In this document: positions 12,289 through 23,834 of the stretch, in pieces
Position numbering within the stretch: position 1 is the stretch's first letter
Layout of the letters: each line of letters starts with the position of its first letter
From: Flaccisagitta enflata
Taxonomy: Eukaryota
Assembly (NCBI GenBank): GCA_965153355.1
Contig: OZ231126.1
Location: forward strand, 11,222,001-11,286,000
Length of the DNA stretch: 64,000 bases
Reading direction: 5' to 3'
Notes under the pieces: model-generated
Seen by the model: the letters and a program-made list of their open reading frames with translations, nothing else
Told to the model about the DNA's origin: nothing
The model's database searches: none
Made by a program: the position numbers and the translations under genes

Positions 12289-13043
12289 CAGGGTGTTTCA
12301 TGCCAAATTAGTTATTAGAAAACGATGGCATTCTGCTTCTAAAAATACAAAAATAGATCTGAAAAAAAATTCAAAAAGCTTATAAGCTCAGGCATTTCAA
12401 AAAAAGATTTCATGGGTCTGGGTCAAATATTCTAGCCACAACATCAATTTGAAGGGAAATGGGCATTTGGAGGAGAAGCTCTTTGGACTTGATTTTGACT
12501 CTGAAAGTTCTTTTTTTATATGCTCTCATTTATAAACGGCTTAAGTCACAGATGCCGGATTGGTCCCAAATTAAAGCTTATCAAATTTTCTTTACTTTGA
12601 GACCAATCTGGCATCTGTGGCGTAATCTATTTAGAAATGAGACCAATTTAAAAGAAATCTTCCAGGATTACTATCATTGTTCCTTTTTTTGTCAACATTT
12701 ATATGCGACAATCCAAGCATCCATAAGATCCATAAGAGAATATTGAAAGTATAATCTTGCCTTCTCAAACATTTGCTCAATTGAGTCATTGCCGTAAAAT
12801 TCTCGTATTTGTCTGATACTCTGCCATTGGCAAAAACCAAAGGTTAATTGAAAATCAGCTGTGATTATTTATTTTACTTCATCCTGATATCATGGCTAAA
12901 CTATTTTACTCAGACCAATGAAATTTTCACACAAAAAACCAGAGCACAAGTGTTCTTTGAATTTTTTTTTCAGAACTACTTTTGCATTTGTAGAAAAAGA
13001 ATGGCATTGTTTTCTCATATCTTATTTGGCATGAAACACCCTG
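12289..13043. mobile_element. Tc1/mariner-type MITE
   Basis: TA|CAGGGTGTTTCATGCCAAAT...ATTTGGCATGAAACACCCTG|TA with long imperfect arms. Confidence 0.9.
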
Positions 13044-13641
13044 TAAATAAAAACAACTTAAACAAACAGAAGAAAATATAAAAATGAAAATTTTAGCGCC
13101 TTTCAATGGCAAAAAAACCGAAACAGTAAAAAAAAACCTGAAACTTAATGTTGTAATCTCGGTAACTATGGACCAATATCAAGCATATTCCCTCGATTGA
13201 TGGCCGAACGCACAACATAGAACAACATGTTTTACAGAAATAGGTGACTTATGATTTTGGTCAGTCTTTTTTCTCATTTTCACACTTCTATAATTAATGG
13301 TTAGTTTAAATTATCACAAAATGTTGCACAACTCATAAAATGTGTGAAATAGGGTGGTTACCCAAGGGCCTTGATGAATGGATATTTTAGAATTCAACGT
13401 TCGGTTAATCATGTATGAATGACTCAGACAAGGCCTATATTTAATCAAGGAACCCGCATGACAGCACTAATGGCTTTCAATGGAGTGAATGATTCGATTC
13501 TTGCATCGTGTTGCCGTGCGGACTCCCATTCAATTACCGACCTCTGCTTGTCTGATCCACCTGATGTGTATAGCTAATTGTATGACGAAGTTTAAACTCT
13601 ACCCATTAAAAAAAAACCTACTTGGTGTGAAAGATATCTTA

Positions 13642-14839
13642 TCGTATTTCTCCTATTTAGCGTCCCCTCCCTAAGTAGCGCCCCCTCTTATCTGAAAAAG
13701 AACAAGGCCAAGAGATGTCCAATAGATGCGTCCTCTTTAGACTTAAGATATTATCATACAATTTATTAAGATATTAAGATATTAAGATATAATAATATGA
13801 AAATATAAAGATTCAGAGATAAAGAGAAAAATATAAACTCCATCCCTTCCCCCCCAATGCCTCCCCACCCCTCCCCCCCCCGCCTCCCCACCCCTCCCCA
13901 CCCCTCCCCCCACGCCACCCCACGCCTCCCCACACCCCCCCCGCCTCAATCTCACGAAGAGACATGAAGGGACTTGGAGAGACATGGAGAGATATGGAGA
14001 GACATGAAGAGACATGAGGAAACATGAGGAGACATAAGAGACATGAAGAGACATGAAGAGACATGAAGAGACATGAAGAGACATAAGAGACATAAGAGAC
14101 ATAAGAGACCTAAGAGATATAAGAGACCTGAGAGATATAAGAGATGTTAGAGATATGAGATATAAGAGATATAAGAGATATAAGAGACATAAGAGACGTG
14201 AGAGACATATGAGACATATAGGAGACATAGGAGACATATAGGAGACATACAGGAGACATAAGAGACATAAGAGACATAAGAGACATAAGAGGCATAAAAG
14301 ACCCAAGATAGATAAGAGAAATAAGAGATAAAGGAGACATAATAGAGACATAAGAGACATAAAGGAGACAAAAGAGACAAAAGAGACGAAAGAGATGAAA
14401 GAGACAAAAGAAATATAAGAGACAAGAAGAAATATGAAGAGAAGTAAAGAGAAAACCTTAAAAATCGCGTTTTGAAATTTTCCTATTTCATACACTCAGA
14501 CAGACATTCAGACAGACAGACAGACAGACCAAGGGACACACCCTCTTATAGAGATGCGAGGACGCATCTAAAAATATGCTACAGCTATACAAACTTCAAA
14601 TCTTTCTATATTATTTCATGGAAAAGAATGAGAACATTAAAATGTTTCAAATTGAAGAATTTTTTTTCTTTTTGTCTTTGCTTTTTTTCACTACCTGTCT
14701 TTTTTTTATCTTTAATTCTTTCACTTTTTATAAAAGACAATAGGATCTAATGTATTCGAGGGGGCGCTAATGAGGGTAAAATGGCATGGTCAAAAAATGG
14801 TTTTACAAGCGCCCGGGGGGCTATTTAGGAGAATTACGG
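13642..14839. mobile_element. CCGTA-type MITE (TA TSD) interrupted by a HINE family B copy
   Basis: TA|TCGTATTTCTCCTATTTAGC...GCTATTTAGGAGAATTACGG|TA; related to 584-915. Confidence 0.7.
13701..14574 (-). mobile_element. HINE-like family B, inverted homologue of 5001-6082
   Basis: Same head, 9-bp array, C-rich block and tail in reverse complement. Confidence 0.85.
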
Positions 14840-15223
14840 TATCTTGTTACTAGACATTGAGGATTCTGGAAAGTGTTCACAGAAATGGTAAATTAGAAAG
14901 TTGGAGCGGCGGCATTCACAGAGCATTTAAAAAAAAATCGTCGTTTTTTTAAAAAACTATACTATGTTGTCTACTTCAATTCAAATTTAACATTGAACCC
15001 AAAGATATTTTGCCAATTATTCGTAGGATTTTAATTGCCAGGTAAAAAAAGCATATAACGATCTGAGATGAGAAAAAAAAACTTTCTTTATTTTTTATTT
15101 GAATACCGCCATTCAACAGTATTCTGACAGACACCTGTTACCGCTCTGGCTCTTGGTTTTAAAAATTCAGTTGTTCGTAAGCCAATTTTATCAAGTAACG
15201 AAAAATTGCAAGAAAAAAAAAGT

Positions 15224-15299
<76 letters not shown>

Positions 15300-15475
15300 A
15301 AGAGAGAGAGAGAGAAAGAAAAGAGAAAGTGAGAGAGAGAAAGAGAGACAGAGACAGAGACACAGAGAAACAGAGACACAGAGAAACAGAGACAGAGATA
15401 CAAATCCATAAACAATTCCAAATACACGCACACACAGCTAGACAGACAGACAGACAGACAGACACACACGCACAC

Positions 15476-15581
<106 letters not shown>

Positions 15582-15632
15582 GAAACATTGATCAAATATT
15601 GGATCTCACTCAACAACATCAGGTAGAGAGAG

Positions 15633-15885
15633 AAACAAGGCCGGATACACGGCTACTCCAGTCGCGTGCGGGTGGGCAGGGACCGTATTTGAGGTTACTT
15701 GATCACTTGGGCAGGATCAGTGAGGCCGTGGACCACAAAAACCCAAAAAAAGTAAAGTGTGACGGACCGACGGACCGACGGACCGACGGACCGACGGACC
15801 GACGGACCGACGGACCGAAGGATCAATGGACCGACGGACGGACCAACAAAGCGGGGTGTAGAGTCGCGTAGCACGCGACTGAAAA
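15633..15885 (-). mobile_element. HINE-like family A
   Basis: Full architecture: hairpin tail, AGTCGCGTG subTIR, (GACCGACG)n, AGTCGCGTAGCACGCGACT head. Confidence 0.85.
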
Positions 15886-16437
15886 GTCAACCAATTTCGC
15901 TTTTGTAAGAGAACACGAAAAAGAACCAAATTCATTGATTTATTTTTCGTGTTCACGATCAAGGATCGCAATTTGACTTTTTAAAACCGCACAAAAGAGA
16001 CCATTTATAAAAGCCTTTAAAACCTTTAAAGCAGAATTGATAAACTTTTTTCTCTCTCTGCGCGTCTTTTCTGTGGGCCCCAAAAATGAGAGACTATGTA
16101 CCACGCGTGTAAAAAAAAAAGACGCACTTTTGAATGGCTATTTATGAAAATGAATTTAACAAATACCTATTGAATTTCTAAACCATTGGAATACCCATTA
16201 AAAGTATTTTTATTTGGTTTCCATCCGGTATTTCTATCTTTTTTCATTTGGAAATGGCATGAGTCTGAATGAAAACTTTGCCATTTCAGTTTCACAATCC
16301 GTGTAGGTATCAAAATGCCTTTTAGCTGAATAGATCTCCTCTTTGGAGAGCTTTGGCTTTTAGACCATTTGAGATACAGACCTGGGATTGGCTTGGATTG
16401 AACGATATTTTGAAAATCTTCAAAAATGTTTTGATTA

Positions 16438-16733
16438 AAACAAGTGACACGGGGTCACATTATTGTTGCGGACGGGTGGGCAGCGGCATCCAAACCGCAT
16501 CCACACCCCAACCCACCCCCAACACTCAAACATACACAAAAAACCTCTACAACACAAGTGGTTATCGAAAATTTAGGCAAAATTATTTGTTTTTGCTTCT
16601 CTGCACTGTACCCTCCATCTTGAAATGACAAATCGTTTTCAGTACTCGTTTTCCCACTTTTCAACTCAATGACCCGGTAAGGACGGACGAACGGACAAAG
16701 CCTCTTACAGAATTGTGTGTCCACAACTGAAAA
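16438..16733 (-). mobile_element. Diverged HINE-like element (similar copy at ~48941-49100)
   Basis: GTTGCGGACGGGTGGGCAG...GGACGGACGAACGGACAAAGCCTCTTACAGAATTGTGTGTCCACAACT. Confidence 0.6.
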
Positions 16734-17300
16734 TTCATTTGCTATCTTTTTATATCTGTGTCATTAATGAAAAGAAGGGTTTTTTTAAACTCGTGTGGTA
16801 CATCGAGGATTGCAAGATAGAGAGATGCTTTATGGGACTCGATGTGTTATTTATTTCCCTACCCTCGGATTCAAGCATCGCCGTTTGTCATTAACCTCCT
16901 TCTACTGGTAAAACTAGGCCCTCTGATCTTCTCCTTTGTTAAGGTGCAGATCGCTACTTTTCGGTCGGTGGGCAGATTGGCAGCTGGGTAGCATATTTTC
17001 AGGATGGGAAGCATATTTTCAGGATGGGAAGCATATTTTCAGGATGGGATGGAGTTTTAAGCTTGATCTTGATCTTGATCTTGATCTTGATCTTGATCTT
17101 GATCTTGATCTTGATCTTCCTTCGTCCTTCGTCGTTTCTTTCTGTGCTTCTGCCCCTGCCCAAATTCTTGATTTGCTCTCAATCCTACTCCTACCCATTC
17201 GTGTTCCTGTGACTAACGCCATCTGGCCCTTAAAAAGTTTCTTTCTGTATCTCGGCTCCTCTCCAAACGCTTAATCAGCCTTCAATGCTACCCATACTCA

Positions 17301-17604
17301 TTAAGGCGGCTTCCTAAGGGTATTGATTAGTGAATATTTTAGAATTGGACATACAGTTAACCACGTATTCGATTTTAAATTCATAAATGAAATCAAAACG
17401 ACGGAGGCCAGTATCTGATCAAGAAACCTGCACGGCAACACAAATGAGTTTCTATGGACTAAAAAGTGCCTGCATAGATACTCTGCCGTGTGGGTTCCCC
17501 ATTCAAACACCGACCTCTACTTGACTTCTATTCTAGAGGCCGCTTAGCGTGTATGGTAAATTGTATGACGAATTTAAAATTTTGACCAAACATCACCCCT
17601 TGAA
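17301..17604. repeat. Interspersed repeat, diverged homologue of ~13350-13609 (possible TTAA-type MITE)
   Basis: Collinear shared motifs: ATATTTTAGAATT, ATCAAG.AACC.GCA, TGCCGTG, CCCATTCAA..ACCGACCTCT, AATTGTATGACGAA. Confidence 0.6.
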
Positions 17605-17798
17605 GAACCAGCCTTCTACTCCTTTGAATTCCCGCGACTAAGGCCATCAGGCCATCTTTCTGCTGCTCCTTCCCATTGAACAATGCCCTGATCAATGCTC
17701 TCAATGTTTCTCCTTACACACAGCTTCACTTCATCCCTCGTGTCAGTTTATTTTCAACTTCAAGCCTAGATCTTTCATCACATACTGGTTTCTAACCT

Positions 17799-18050
<252 letters not shown>

Positions 18051-18055
18051 ATAAG

Positions 18056-19082
18056 TTACGCCCACGAGTTTCAACTGGCACTGTCTATGAGCGTCTATCT
18101 GACTGACGACTTGTGGTGAAAGAAAGTTGGCCGATTGGAAAATAGGAAGGCGATCGTCTCGTTTATTCCATAAAAATTTCAACAACTGAAGAGAGGGGGA
18201 AAAATGAAAGGGAAAGTGGGCGTTAATGGTGATCAGCAAACGCAAAAGATAACATGAAATCGAGACAGGACACAATAAAGGACAGAAACAGCACATGACA
18301 ACATGTTCATCTTCTTCAGAGCCCATGCCACCTGATAATACCTGCCCCTGCCCCGGCCCATCCCATTAAATTCATCCATATCATCCCCATAGTAAGCTGA
18401 TCGGGCAAACGATAAAAAACCATACTAAAATCCGGCGATAAAAATGCAAAAATGCAAAAGACAAAAATAACAGACCGGAAGACAAGATAAAAACAACGTT
18501 ACTAAAAGCAAAAACGCGTCTATAAAACTTACTTTTAGGCCCACTTTCGTTGGTTTCAACCCACAGTCTGTCGAAGTCAAATTAACGTAATTTGTCCGTT
18601 CATAAGTTTATCTGCAATAAAAAGATGAGAGATTATTGAAATTAGTAAATTCCAAGGGCACATTCAATCAATCACGAAAAATCAATCAATCACTTTAGGA
18701 AGCAATGCCGTAAATAAAAATAAAAACAATCGATCCAAAATTGGATGACACGAAGACGAGTTACGTATGTTTGTTTACGTAATAAAAACAAATGGCATAA
18801 AATACAAGGCGCAACCATATGGTTACCCATCTAGCCTTCATTATAAGAAATGGCGAGAAACAAAAGACACCGGCATTGAATAATAAGGAAAGACGAAAAG
18901 CCAAAAGCACGCAAAAGAAACAAAAGCACACATACTTAATAGACGGACGGACATACATTTCTAACATTCTGCCCCATTTTTGGAATTTCACGAATTTCAA
19001 AAATCCGACATCTAGTTTCCGGTCGGGGAAACCCTACTAAAAAACCGATACTACCTTCCTTAAAAAAATTTACATAGATACA
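18056..19082 (-). repeat. 3' LTR of the BEL/Pao element (~1.03 kb)
   Basis: Starts TGT (19082) immediately after a G-rich polypurine tract. 18056-18887 matches the 5' copy, and it ends against a (CT)n microsatellite. The start is inferred from the PPT because the 5' copy lacks this part. Confidence 0.8.
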
Positions 19083-19106
19083 GCCCCCGCCCCTCCCCCC
19101 CCGTCC
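19083..19106 (-). promoter_or_regulatory. Polypurine tract (plus-strand priming site)
   Basis: Minus strand reads GGACGGGGGGGGAGGGGCGGGGGC directly followed by TGTATC, the canonical PPT-TG arrangement. Confidence 0.7.
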
Positions 19107-19576
19107 ACCGCCTCTTACATCCCCACCCTAATTATCAACGGATCGACGACTGCACGAATGATGATTCCCGTCCGGAAAGGATCCACCACCAGCAAATTTT
19201 CAGCGATCACGATACGGATGGAGGCAGGCGGCGAGGAAGGTTGAGGCGCCCGTTCTGAAAAAGTTAAGGGAAGGGGGGAAAGGGAACGGGCCTTGGAGCA
19301 CTCCAAGCCTGGGATTTGACTTGAGAGTGGAAAATAATAAGTGGGGGCATACTACTAAAACATGTCATACGAAAGTATTCGTAATAATGACTAAAAAGAC
19401 CATGTCTAAAACAAACACAACAAAAATGTACATGTTCCAAGGAACCAAACAAAACAAGACAAAATAAATAAGTTACTAACTATATATAAAAACGAATCTG
19501 TAAGGTAAAAAAAAATCAGCAAGCATCATGGAACGACCACATCACCTGCGCCTTCTCCATTACAGAGACGAGCGGG

Positions 19577-22122
19577 TCACTCCGGAAGCTCCAACACCTC
19601 GTCAATCCGTGGGCGAAAGGCGATGAATGATGTCGTCAACGGCGACCGCATCGAAAGGCGCAGGTGGTGCAGCCGTCTGAGAATGTATCCTCCCGAAGAA
19701 GAAGAAAAAAAGAGAAAAATGGGGGCAGATTGATTAGTAAAGTTCTTATCGTACACAGATTCAAATTTACCACAAAAACTCAACCTCAACCCTTCCCCAA
19801 ACCATGATACTTACGCGGGCGTTTTTCGCCAGGCCCCGGGGCGGACGTCATTCCCACGCCCCGGGTAGCGCCCCCGACTTGGCCGGCCTGTCCACCGATG
19901 GGATGAGGATGTGATGGTGGAATACGATCCTCAGCGAATGGCGGCGCTCTCCACGCCATGTTGCAAATTGGTAGTTAAATTGAACAGCAACTGGGCGTGG
20001 CACCAATCAGTGTTTAACTGGCGGTCTGATTTTTCCAAGACCTGGTTCGATTTTTCTTATTTCCAGGCTTGGGAGCGTCTTTTTGCGAAAGGATCTGCTG
20101 ACCGACTTTTTCTGCAGGAGAAGACGCTGGAGGTAGAGATGCTGCATCGCAATTCGGCGCCAGTCGAAATTTAGGACGCACAGCGGACGCTGTTGTGAAG
20201 TCGACGGCCATAGCCGCCTTCGCGCGTTCCACAGCTTCCTCTTTCTTCTTAGCCTTCATCGCACAGGCCTGCTTCTCCTTTTCAAGCTGCTTCTCCAGTT
20301 CCACGACTCGCTTATTACCTTTGACCACCTCATTGTCCGCAGCCATTGCTGCTTGACGAGCATCGTCTCTCTCCTTTTGGATGTTGCGGCGAATCCTCTC
20401 GTCTAAGACTTGACGAACCGCTTCAACTCGTTGGCGCGGATTGGCGGCTGTGAAGAAGTCTTTGAAACCTTGATGCTAAATTCTTCACCACACCCAATGG
20501 AGCATTTGAGGTCAGTGAAGAGGCTTCTCGTAGCAATGACTCGGCGATGTGGTGTCCATGCGCAGGGTCAAAGGCTGGATCCGACGGGGGAGGCGGGTTT
20601 TGCACTTGCTGCAGACCTTGGGCAGACTCGGTTTGCTGACGAGGCGCTACACCAGCTTTAACAGATGCTGAAGCACCGCCAACTAGTTCCGCTTCCTACA
20701 CTGCTGACGGCTGCGAGTGAAAGGAAGACGCTCCCGACTGCTGACCAGAGACTTGAAGTTGAACAGCGGACGCGGAAGCACATCAAGTAGAACCTCCCTT
20801 GGTTGCTGCTTTGTGCTTTTTCCAGCTCTCTTGGTCTTCTTCCCTTTTGCCGCTGCCCCAGGCGCCTGATTCAGCTTCTGGGTTGCTGCCAATGTTGCCG
20901 TCGACGAACCACTTGAAGCTTCTCCTTGGCCTTTGGGCGTTGCTGCAGGGGGCGCGCCTGGAGGCGCTTGAGAGGGCCTTTGCTTTTGGAATCTGGCCCT
21001 TTTTGTTGACTCGGCACATTGCTTTTGTGGAGTCTTTCCCCGACGTGATCTCTTCGATTGCTGTGAGGGAGTGGCGTCACGAGGACCCTGTTGCTGCTGA
21101 TTTGGGGGATGAACCAATCCAGGGCGCGATTGACGACTTCCTGATGCTGTAGAGTGAATTGCCGCTGATGCCCAGCTGCGGCTGCGTGGCACAAATACCG
21201 CTGGTGGAGTTGCGGAAGCGTCGCGGAAGTTGCTGCAGATGAAGTTGCAGCTGCATCAAGGAAGGCTCGGGGCCGCATTCTTCCTCTTCGTCGCCTGGAC
21301 CATGCGACGAACCTCATATCATGCTCCCTCCTTCTTTGTTGCTTTGGATTTTGCGCTCCCAGAGTCTCCGGCAAGCTCTGTTTGATTAGCCGATGAGCGC
21401 ATGAGAGTTTGTTTGTTGCAGCATACTGAAAGTTTTTCAAACTCTTTGAAGAGGAGAGATACTCCGACGTCCGGACTGATGATACGATACCACCAACGCG
21501 CCTGCATCCGTTGGTGCTTCTCTTCCGGCGTCGCAGTGTCCACTTCCGGGTCAATGTCTTTCTCCACCACCTCCCCATTCACCAACACCTCCTCCTCTGT
21601 TTCCATCCCCTCCTCCTCCACTCTTGCTCCATCATTGACCGATCTCTCTCTCTCTTCGCCCCCGCTGCGTTGACATGCAGCTGCAGACGCTTGATCACGA
21701 GACGCTGGGCGACCGAAATCAAGGCAGAATTGGCGAGGCGATGGGGGCAAATCCAATGATGACGACGCCGCCGCGGAAGTGGTGGATAAGTCCGTCGGCG
21801 GCCGATTGATCGAGATCCGCCTCGAACCTCCATCTCTGATGACCACCAATGGAGGAAGCGACGCGGGATCAACGGCGTTGGATGGCTGTTGGCGATTTTC
21901 AGCGCATCGTCTTGTTGACGCTTTTTCTTCGCCATTTGCGTCGGCGCCCGGGCGAGTCGCCATTGAAGGCTGCCAGCGCGACAGCCTCCTCCTCCGCCCG
22001 GCACGCGTCGTGGATGCAGATCCTTCTCGAGTCGAGCCGTCGTTGAAGAGTCGATGGAGATCCAAGGATCCGTACGACGTCGACACGTCGGCCTCTGCCT
22101 CGAGACGCTGCTGACGGGACAT
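19577..22122 (-). pseudogene. Accessory ORF3 of the retroelement, unknown function (disordered/basic regions plus coiled coil; frameshifted, probably spliced)
   Basis: GC-rich, codon-like sequence from ATG 22122 (MSRQQRLEAEAD) continuing through consecutive same-strand ORFs 21319-22353, 20683-21192, 20423-20605, 20014-20346 and 19577-19789. Coiled-coil-like ERDDARQAAMAADNEVVKGNKRVVELEKQLEKEKQ. No signal peptide or TM segment seen. Confidence 0.7.
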
Positions 22123-22473
22123 CTTGACTCCGACGAGCGACTTCAAGATGCGAACTGACTTCGTAGATGGAATGACGTCGTCAGCGGAAGCTTTGAAATG
22201 TTCGTTTTGAGAACTGATAATGGTAAGAACGGATTTTGGCACAATAATATGTACATATAGACAGAGCGAATGAATCAGTGTTTTGATGTGTAAGTGGAAA
22301 TGGACAACATAATTGACAAGAGGAAAGATGAAAGCATGGATAATCAGAACCAAATATGAATAATAACAACTCTTTGTAAATATAACAAGTCAGAGTTTCA
22401 ATCACTCATATCTATAGTTACTAATGGACAGGCCCATGCGCCTTTTTCTCTCTCTCTCAAAACTTAGCGTTTT

Positions 22474-23595
22474 TTATGAGTCCAATTCCAGCCGCACGAG
22501 CTTCGTGCGGTCTTTCGTCACGATCTTTCCATCTTGGCGCCGGATGTGAGCCCTCCGGACATGGGCTGATGATCCCTCGACGCCCATGACACGTCCTAAA
22601 CTCCAATTGTGACGAGGCAGCGTTTCGTCCATGACGATGACCATGTCATCAACCGCAAAGTCTCTCTCGGATCTCGACCATTTGCTTCGCGCGTGAAGAA
22701 GCGACAAATATTCGACCCTCCACGATTTCCAAAACGCATCCACACGCGATTGCGCACGCCTCCATTGAATCTTCGCGGAGTCAGCGTCAGAGTTGACGCC
22801 TTGTTGCACCAGATCTAGAGGGGCGTGACCGGATGTTGATGGATTGAGGATATGATTCGGTGTGAGGGCCTCAGAGTCATTTGGATCATCGCTGAGCGCT
22901 GTCAGAGGACGGCGATTGAGAATTCCTTCAACTTCGACAACGGCAGTATTGAAGGCATCGACGTGGAGGATGGCGCCAGTCGAGATGGAAGCAAGATGGC
23001 GCTTAAAGAGAGCGACGATTCTCTCCCACACCCCTCCATAGTGGGGTGTTCTCGGCGTGATGAAATCCCACCGAAGGCCGCGCCGCTGCAATTCGGGAGT
23101 TGACGAACGGTTCCAAGCTTCCATTTCCTTCTTGAGGATATTATTGGCGCCAACTAGATTCGTCCCGCAATCTGAAGTGAACCGGCGGATTCCTGGGCGC
23201 CTTGCTGCAAAGCGGATGATTGCATTTACCATCGCATCGGCTGACATGTTGAAGAGCAATTCCACATGGACGGCGCGTGACACGAAACAGGTGAACACTG
23301 CGATCCACACCTTGTGATCAGCACGCCCGTTCATTTTAACTAGGAAATGCCCCATGACATCCAATCCAGTCTCTGCAAAGACAGGCGCAGGATTGACGCG
23401 ATTTGATGGAAGATTGGCCATTTGCTGATTTGCGTTCTTTTTAAAGTTCTTCTGGCATCTGAAGCACGTGTTGACGACGCTCTTGACAGCCTGAAGACCT
23501 TTTGTAATCCACACAAATTGGCGTAATTGGCACAATGTATGCTTTGCACCCGCGTGAAAATCATTATGATGATAATGGCGAATTAATGATTTCAC
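22474..23595 (-). CDS. pol: Integrase (C-terminal part of pol; this segment is uninterrupted)
   Basis: HHCC zinc motif (YHHNDFH...CFRC), D-D-E residues in GLDVMG / SDCGTNLVGA / GGVWERIV, and BEL-type C-terminus WKSWRVEYL...WSLGRV...KLVRLE. Confidence 0.95.
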   Translation of the reverse strand: MKSLIRHYHHNDFHAGAKHTLCQLRQFVWITKGLQAVKSVVNTCFRCQKNFKKNANQQMANLPSNRVNPAPVFAETGLDVMGHFLVKMNGRADHKVWIAVFTCFVSRAVHVELLFNMSADAMVNAIIRFAARRPGIRRFTSDCGTNLVGANNILKKEMEAWNRSSTPELQRRGLRWDFITPRTPHYGGVWERIVALFKRHLASISTGAILHVDAFNTAVVEVEGILNRRPLTALSDDPNDSEALTPNHILNPSTSGHAPLDLVQQGVNSDADSAKIQWRRAQSRVDAFWKSWRVEYLSLLHARSKWSRSERDFAVDDMVIVMDETLPRHNWSLGRVMGVEGSSAHVRRAHIRRQDGKIVTKDRTKLVRLELDS

Positions 23596-23834
23596 ATTCT
23601 CGTCTTTTAGCGGCAGGATGAAGGGAAATTTAGCGTCATGTGCGTGTCGGCGTTTTTGTCGGCTGCCGACGCGAATGATACCGTCGTCGTCGACGAAAGT
23701 TCAATTTCCGCATCTCCTTATTTTTATGATGAAGTCATGACGGCTTTCTGGTTTAAAGACTTTTCCCAACTCCAATTGTTCAAAGACGTCGGAATAATGA
23801 TGCCGCTGCATTGACTTGACGAGCTGTTTGCGTA

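Noticed and set aside
16238-16420. Third exon of the LRR gene beyond the retroelement
   Set aside because: An in-phase acceptor and open frame exist, but the peptide is not LRR-like and has no independent support.
18270-18330. Hammerhead ribozyme in the LTR (CTGAAGA on the minus strand)
   Set aside because: No stem II followed by GAAA and no flanking helices could be formed.
19577-22122. env gene
   Set aside because: No signal peptide, TM helix or cysteine-rich ectodomain is visible in the readable frames.
22441-22458. Purine run GAGAGAGAGAGAAAAAGG after integrase as the PPT, implying a 4.4-kb gene-containing LTR
   Set aside because: A more canonical G-rich PPT directly followed by TGT lies at 19106-19083, only ~195 bp from the shared repeat. 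The AG run may be a relic or internal PPT; other copies are needed to exclude it fully.
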